A stretch of 64,000 bases of DNA from Obrimoposthia wandeli (Eukaryota). Numbering within the stretch: position 1 is the first letter of the stretch; each line of letters opens with the position of its first letter. This document shows positions 60,189 to 64,000 of the stretch, piece after piece. Location: contig CDROCS010002027.1 in the NCBI GenBank assembly GCA_977020255.1, positions 124,001 through 188,000 of the forward strand, read 5' to 3'. The translations under genes and the position numbers were made by a program. The notes beneath the pieces are model-generated. The model saw nothing but the letters and a program-made list of their open reading frames with translations, did no database searches and had not been told where the DNA came from.

Positions 60189-62138
60189 ATGTCTTTGTTA
60201 AACCAAATAATAGCCGCTGTTTTTGCAGTGCTCATTGGTTTGGTGTCCGGCACTATTTATATTATGTCTGACAGCTCTAAATCTATGTTGTTAAGTCAAC
60301 TGGAGTCACAAAGCGATAGTACGGCTACCAACCTAGGTATATATATGGCGCCATTTATAGCAGAAGAAGATAGTGCGCGCATAGAAACCATTGTCAATGC
60401 GCTATTTGACAGTGGATATTACGAAAAAATTCAAATCACTAATTACGAGGGAGATGATATATTCACAGCCCTTCGCTCTCCTGACATATCTGAAGATGTT
60501 CCAAGATGGTTTGTCAAACTTGTCGCTTTCGACACTCCTATTATAAGACAAGAGGTGACTCATTCTTGGTCGAAAGTAGGCTTTATTGTGATTAAAAGCC
60601 GCGCTGGCTATGCTTATGATGAACTGTGGAAAGGCACCCAAACCACCTTAATTTGGTTCATTACCCTTTCATTAGTTTGTGTGTTTTTCTTAAGTTCCCT
60701 CATACGCCTAATTTTGCGCCCACTAAAATCAATAGAAAACCAAGCAAAAGCATTGAGCAACAAAGAGTATTTAGAAGCGACAGATATCCCTAAAACAAAA
60801 GAGCTGCGTAGTGTTGTGATTACAATGAACAGCATGATTAAACGCGTACACACCATGTTTGACGAACAAAGTAAGAGTATCGAAGAACTTCGTCGCACTG
60901 CTTATATTGATGAGATGACAGGTATTGCTAATAGTCGTGCAACTAACGCACAGCTTTACGACAAACTTGACAGTAGAGATGACGAAGGTCCTTGTGCTGT
61001 TTTTTATCTGCATATATCAAAGCTTACTGAGCTCAATGAAAAGCTCGGTCAAGAAAATGTTAATAATCTTATAAAACAAGTGGCGGATAAATTAAGTGCT
61101 GTAGGAAAAAACTATACTGACAGCTTAGTTGGCAGGCTATCCGGTTCTGATTTCGTGCTACTTATTTCGCGACCAGATAATGAAACTATTACGCGGGAAA
61201 TTAATACAATATTAGAGGCTTACAAAGAAATATTCAAATTCTACCACCCTGATTCGCAAGACAACATACCGATTCATATAGCGATAGTATTCTCTGAAGA
61301 AAAAACTAGCGCTGCACAAGTGTTATCAGTAGCAAAAATAGGCATAGAAGAAGCGGTGGCTACCAACCAATCAAGCATTTACAAAACCTCTTTTAACACT
61401 GATTCAGATACATCCATAGATGACTGGAAAGCACATGTGGTTGATGCTATTAACGGTAAAAAACTCTTTTTACAATACCAGGAAGTACTAGACAGCAAGA
61501 AAAGCGCTATTATCCACAAAGAGCTATTAGTACGAATTCTAAACCAGCAAGGAGAGCCTTGCGCTGCTATTCGCTTTATACGAATCGTTAAAGAACTCGG
61601 GTTAATAGAAGCATTAGATAAAGCGGTTATAGAACACGCTATCAACCACTTATCAAGAAATAACAACAGTGAACCACTAGCTGTTAATATTTCTCAAGAA
61701 ACTTTACACGTTGAAAAATTTGACCAATGGTTATTAGCTTCAATCAAAGGCCAGAACTTAGCAGGTAAATTAAATATAGAAATAAACGAGTCTTCTATAC
61801 TTAATGATGTTGATCGTGTTGTGAGTTTTAGGCAGCTATTAAATAACAATGGAATCGGTTTTGGCGTAGATAACTTTGGCGTACACCCCAGCGGCTTTAG
61901 CTATCTTTACAAAGTTCAGCCTGATTATATAAAAATTGATGGCTCTTTATCCTTAGACATTGAAGGCAGCGCTGAAGGAAGATTCTTCATAGGTAGCTTA
62001 ATTACAGTTGCTAATAGCTTAAGCATTCCAAGCTATGCTGAAAGAATTGAACACTCAGAACAAATTGAGCAATTACGAAAGCTGGGAATCGTTGCCACTC
62101 AAGGCTTTATACATGGCAAGCCGAACAACTTAGTGTAA
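60189..62138 (+). CDS. lapD: LapD-type c-di-GMP receptor (periplasmic domain, HAMP, degenerate GGDEF, EAL)
   Basis: NALFDSGYY, VPRWF, W-x-KVGFI-x-I periplasmic motifs; RLSGSDF; ELLVRI; VDNFG. Confidence 0.9.
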   Translation: MSLLNQIIAAVFAVLIGLVSGTIYIMSDSSKSMLLSQLESQSDSTATNLGIYMAPFIAEEDSARIETIVNALFDSGYYEKIQITNYEGDDIFTALRSPDISEDVPRWFVKLVAFDTPIIRQEVTHSWSKVGFIVIKSRAGYAYDELWKGTQTTLIWFITLSLVCVFFLSSLIRLILRPLKSIENQAKALSNKEYLEATDIPKTKELRSVVITMNSMIKRVHTMFDEQSKSIEELRRTAYIDEMTGIANSRATNAQLYDKLDSRDDEGPCAVFYLHISKLTELNEKLGQENVNNLIKQVADKLSAVGKNYTDSLVGRLSGSDFVLLISRPDNETITREINTILEAYKEIFKFYHPDSQDNIPIHIAIVFSEEKTSAAQVLSVAKIGIEEAVATNQSSIYKTSFNTDSDTSIDDWKAHVVDAINGKKLFLQYQEVLDSKKSAIIHKELLVRILNQQGEPCAAIRFIRIVKELGLIEALDKAVIEHAINHLSRNNNSEPLAVNISQETLHVEKFDQWLLASIKGQNLAGKLNIEINESSILNDVDRVVSFRQLLNNNGIGFGVDNFGVHPSGFSYLYKVQPDYIKIDGSLSLDIEGSAEGRFFIGSLITVANSLSIPSYAERIEHSEQIEQLRKLGIVATQGFIHGKPNNLV

Positions 62139-62178
62139 CTTTGCTATAGCAAGATTACTTCGCTAATTAAAAATTAAC

Positions 62179-62228
62179 CATTATTGCATGTCGCATTTGG
62201 ATTAACTAAATGCTGCCATGCAATAATG
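62179..62228. terminator. Long imperfect hairpin downstream of lapD
   Basis: CATTATTGCATG…GCATTT…AAATGC…CATGCAATAATG. Confidence 0.55.
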
Positions 62229-62421
62229 ACTAGCTTATATTACCAAGTAATTAATTTTGTTTCTTAATCAGTATGAATTGAAAGAAGTCTACATATAGAA
62301 AAACTCATAAACTATCAAGTAGCAACATGCTCACACTGACAGCAAGCACAGTACAAACAAAACAATTTCAGCTATTTCATTACAAGACTTAAAAGAACTA
62401 AGTGAACACATTTATTTAACT

Positions 62422-62574
62422 CATTAGTGTCCGGTTTAATTTTTGTTGTTCTCTAACTCATTGATTTTACGTTAACGGCAAAAACACTTTAGCTAAAAAA
62501 TACCTATTTATCCATGATAGAAAACCACAAATCAATGTGTTAGAGGGCTTACATTTTTTAACCGGACAGCAATG
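62422..62574 (-). mobile_element. MITE family 1, intact copy in reverse orientation with 9-bp target duplication
   Basis: Reverse complement shares its first 36 nt exactly with 41122; flanked by TATTTAACT at 62413-62421 and 62575-62583. Confidence 0.92.
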
Positions 62575-62818
62575 TATTTAACTAAAAGATTAGGCTCTTT
62601 TAAGTAGAATACAGCTTCAAGGAATCTGAAAATAACATATCAGATATAGCGCGACAATAAACATCAGCATAGTAAGCATTGGATGATTACTACACTCATT
62701 TATTTTAGAGCAAACACGAAGAAAACGGGAAATTACTAGCTTTTACTGCGAGATATAAGTTGATTGTGAAATTAGGCTAATCACTTCTAATCAGCCCAAT
62801 TGTATCAATCTTTTATCA

Positions 62819-63289
62819 TTAACCTTTTTTGGCTAACAATAACTCCAGCTTACCACTAATGCGCTGCTCATCTTCATGAACTTTCTTTTCTTGTTCTTGA
62901 CGGCGCTGGTTATCTCTACGACGCTGATGAAACTCTTTAAGTTGAGTTTTCGCATATTCAGCTTCACTATCAGTAACCTTGCCAGACGCTTCACCGGTCA
63001 AATCAATCCGTGCACTCTCAAGCTTCATAGCGCGAAAGTAATTAGGTGCTCTTACATAAGAGGCTAACGCTCGTTTAATCTTATTTTTCGCAACTTTTTC
63101 ATCAGCGATCAAATCATCTTGAATGCCAATTTTTAAAGGGCGGATATTCGTACGGCTAAAGGTACTAGGATAAGTTTCAATTAATATAGCTAGGGCTGCT
63201 TGGTTACCTGCTCTATTCTTCGCTTTATTCTTACTTGTAGTCATTTTTTCTGACTCAGTATTCACTACTTCATTCACTTCTTGGATCAC
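62819..63289 (-). CDS. proQ: ProQ/FinO-domain RNA-binding protein (short form)
   Basis: YPSTF…RPLKIGIQDDL, KRALASYVRAPNY, RIDLTG. Confidence 0.82.
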   Translation of the reverse strand: MIQEVNEVVNTESEKMTTSKNKAKNRAGNQAALAILIETYPSTFSRTNIRPLKIGIQDDLIADEKVAKNKIKRALASYVRAPNYFRAMKLESARIDLTGEASGKVTDSEAEYAKTQLKEFHQRRRDNQRRQEQEKKVHEDEQRISGKLELLLAKKG

Positions 63290-63466
63290 AGCACTACTCT
63301 CGATAGTTACTTAATTTGTACTTAAATATGCATACATAATTAAGCGACTTAAACTGGTATTTTGAATTAGTTTACTATTTGTTACGGGCGGTAGAATAAC
63401 ACCAATAACCAAACTACAATATTAAAATTGGGTTAAAATTGTATTTGATGCGGCTTTAGTACTCAT

Positions 63467-63715
63467 TTACTTATCACCTCCTCCTATACGGATATAATAT
63501 TGGTATATATTTTGTTGCTCTGTATGACTAATCAGCTCATGATCTAAAAACGTACAAAACTTTGGTATATCTCTAACAGTAGAAGGATCTGTTGCTTGTA
63601 CCAGTAAAATTTCACCAATTTGCATGTCTCGTATTTTACTATGCAACATCATTACAGGCTCTGGGCAATATAGGCCTTGCGTATCTAAAACACTATCTAC
63701 CTTTAAATCGAGCAT
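63467..63715 (-). CDS. tusA: Sulfur carrier protein; start likely ATG 63715
   Basis: [37 protein letters not shown]. Confidence 0.93.
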   Translation of the reverse strand: MLDLKVDSVLDTQGLYCPEPVMMLHSKIRDMQIGEILLVQATDPSTVRDIPKFCTFLDHELISHTEQQNIYQYYIRIGGGDK

Positions 63716-63890
63716 AAATAAACCATAAATCAATTATATAGAAACTTCATCAACATTTTCGTAGTACAAAAAACGCCAGATAAGCCACAAGCGCGGCTAT
63801 TGTCGCAAATTTTTTTATGAAGAGAAAGCTAATCTATAAATATCCTACTGACCTGTAGTTTATTATCAGAAAAAATGCAGGTATCGAGAA

Positions 63891-64000
63891 TCAAACTTTA
63901 ACGATATGCTCAATTTTATTTAAAATACTATTCAAATGCTGCTGCTGAGAAAATCCTGAGCGCACTCTTGGCTTAAGGTCATGATCGCCATCTGCTAGCC
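63891..64000 (-). CDS. C-terminal fragment of an alpha/beta hydrolase; runs off the window end
   Basis: LADGDHDLKPRVRSGFSQQQHLNSIL…VKV* contains the catalytic-His motif DGDH; absent from the ORF track. Confidence 0.7.
   Translation of the reverse strand, partial: LADGDHDLKPRVRSGFSQQQHLNSILNKIEHIVKV

Overview
AT-rich gammaproteobacterial chromosome segment, mostly housekeeping, with a Pseudomonadales/Oceanospirillales-like gene order. In order it carries queF-yadHG and two tRNA-Glu/Gly arrays, then a decaying accessory stretch at about 11.3-17.5 kb (three probable pseudogenes, an IS1595 relic, repeats). Next come a mixed metabolic block (GlcG, SMR pump, diguanylate cyclase, cyclophilin, HisA paralogue, ackA, AGE epimerase, ABC exporter) and an arginine succinyltransferase (ast/aru) locus with an AraC regulator. 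The rest holds pepN-nadK, a 4x tRNA-Asp/Val array, syd, alaA, ygiQ, modABC, ruvC, alr, lapG-lapD, proQ and tusA. I found no CRISPR array, prophage, integrase, rRNA or recognisable riboswitch, and no clear multi-gene novel system. The best-supported unexplained structure is a ~153-bp MITE-like family with three full-length copies (two with perfect 9-bp target duplications) and two possible short derivatives. A second 98-bp dispersed repeat is also present. Other leads: an M20 hydrolase where astE would be expected, a divergent stand-alone HisA paralogue, a GGDEF protein with a dead active site but intact I-site, a Schlafen/AlbA_2 gene overlapping a HAD phosphatase, and three clustered micro-insertions at the 5' end of astB (possibly an assembly artefact). 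All protein calls come from motif recognition by eye; no database searches were run.
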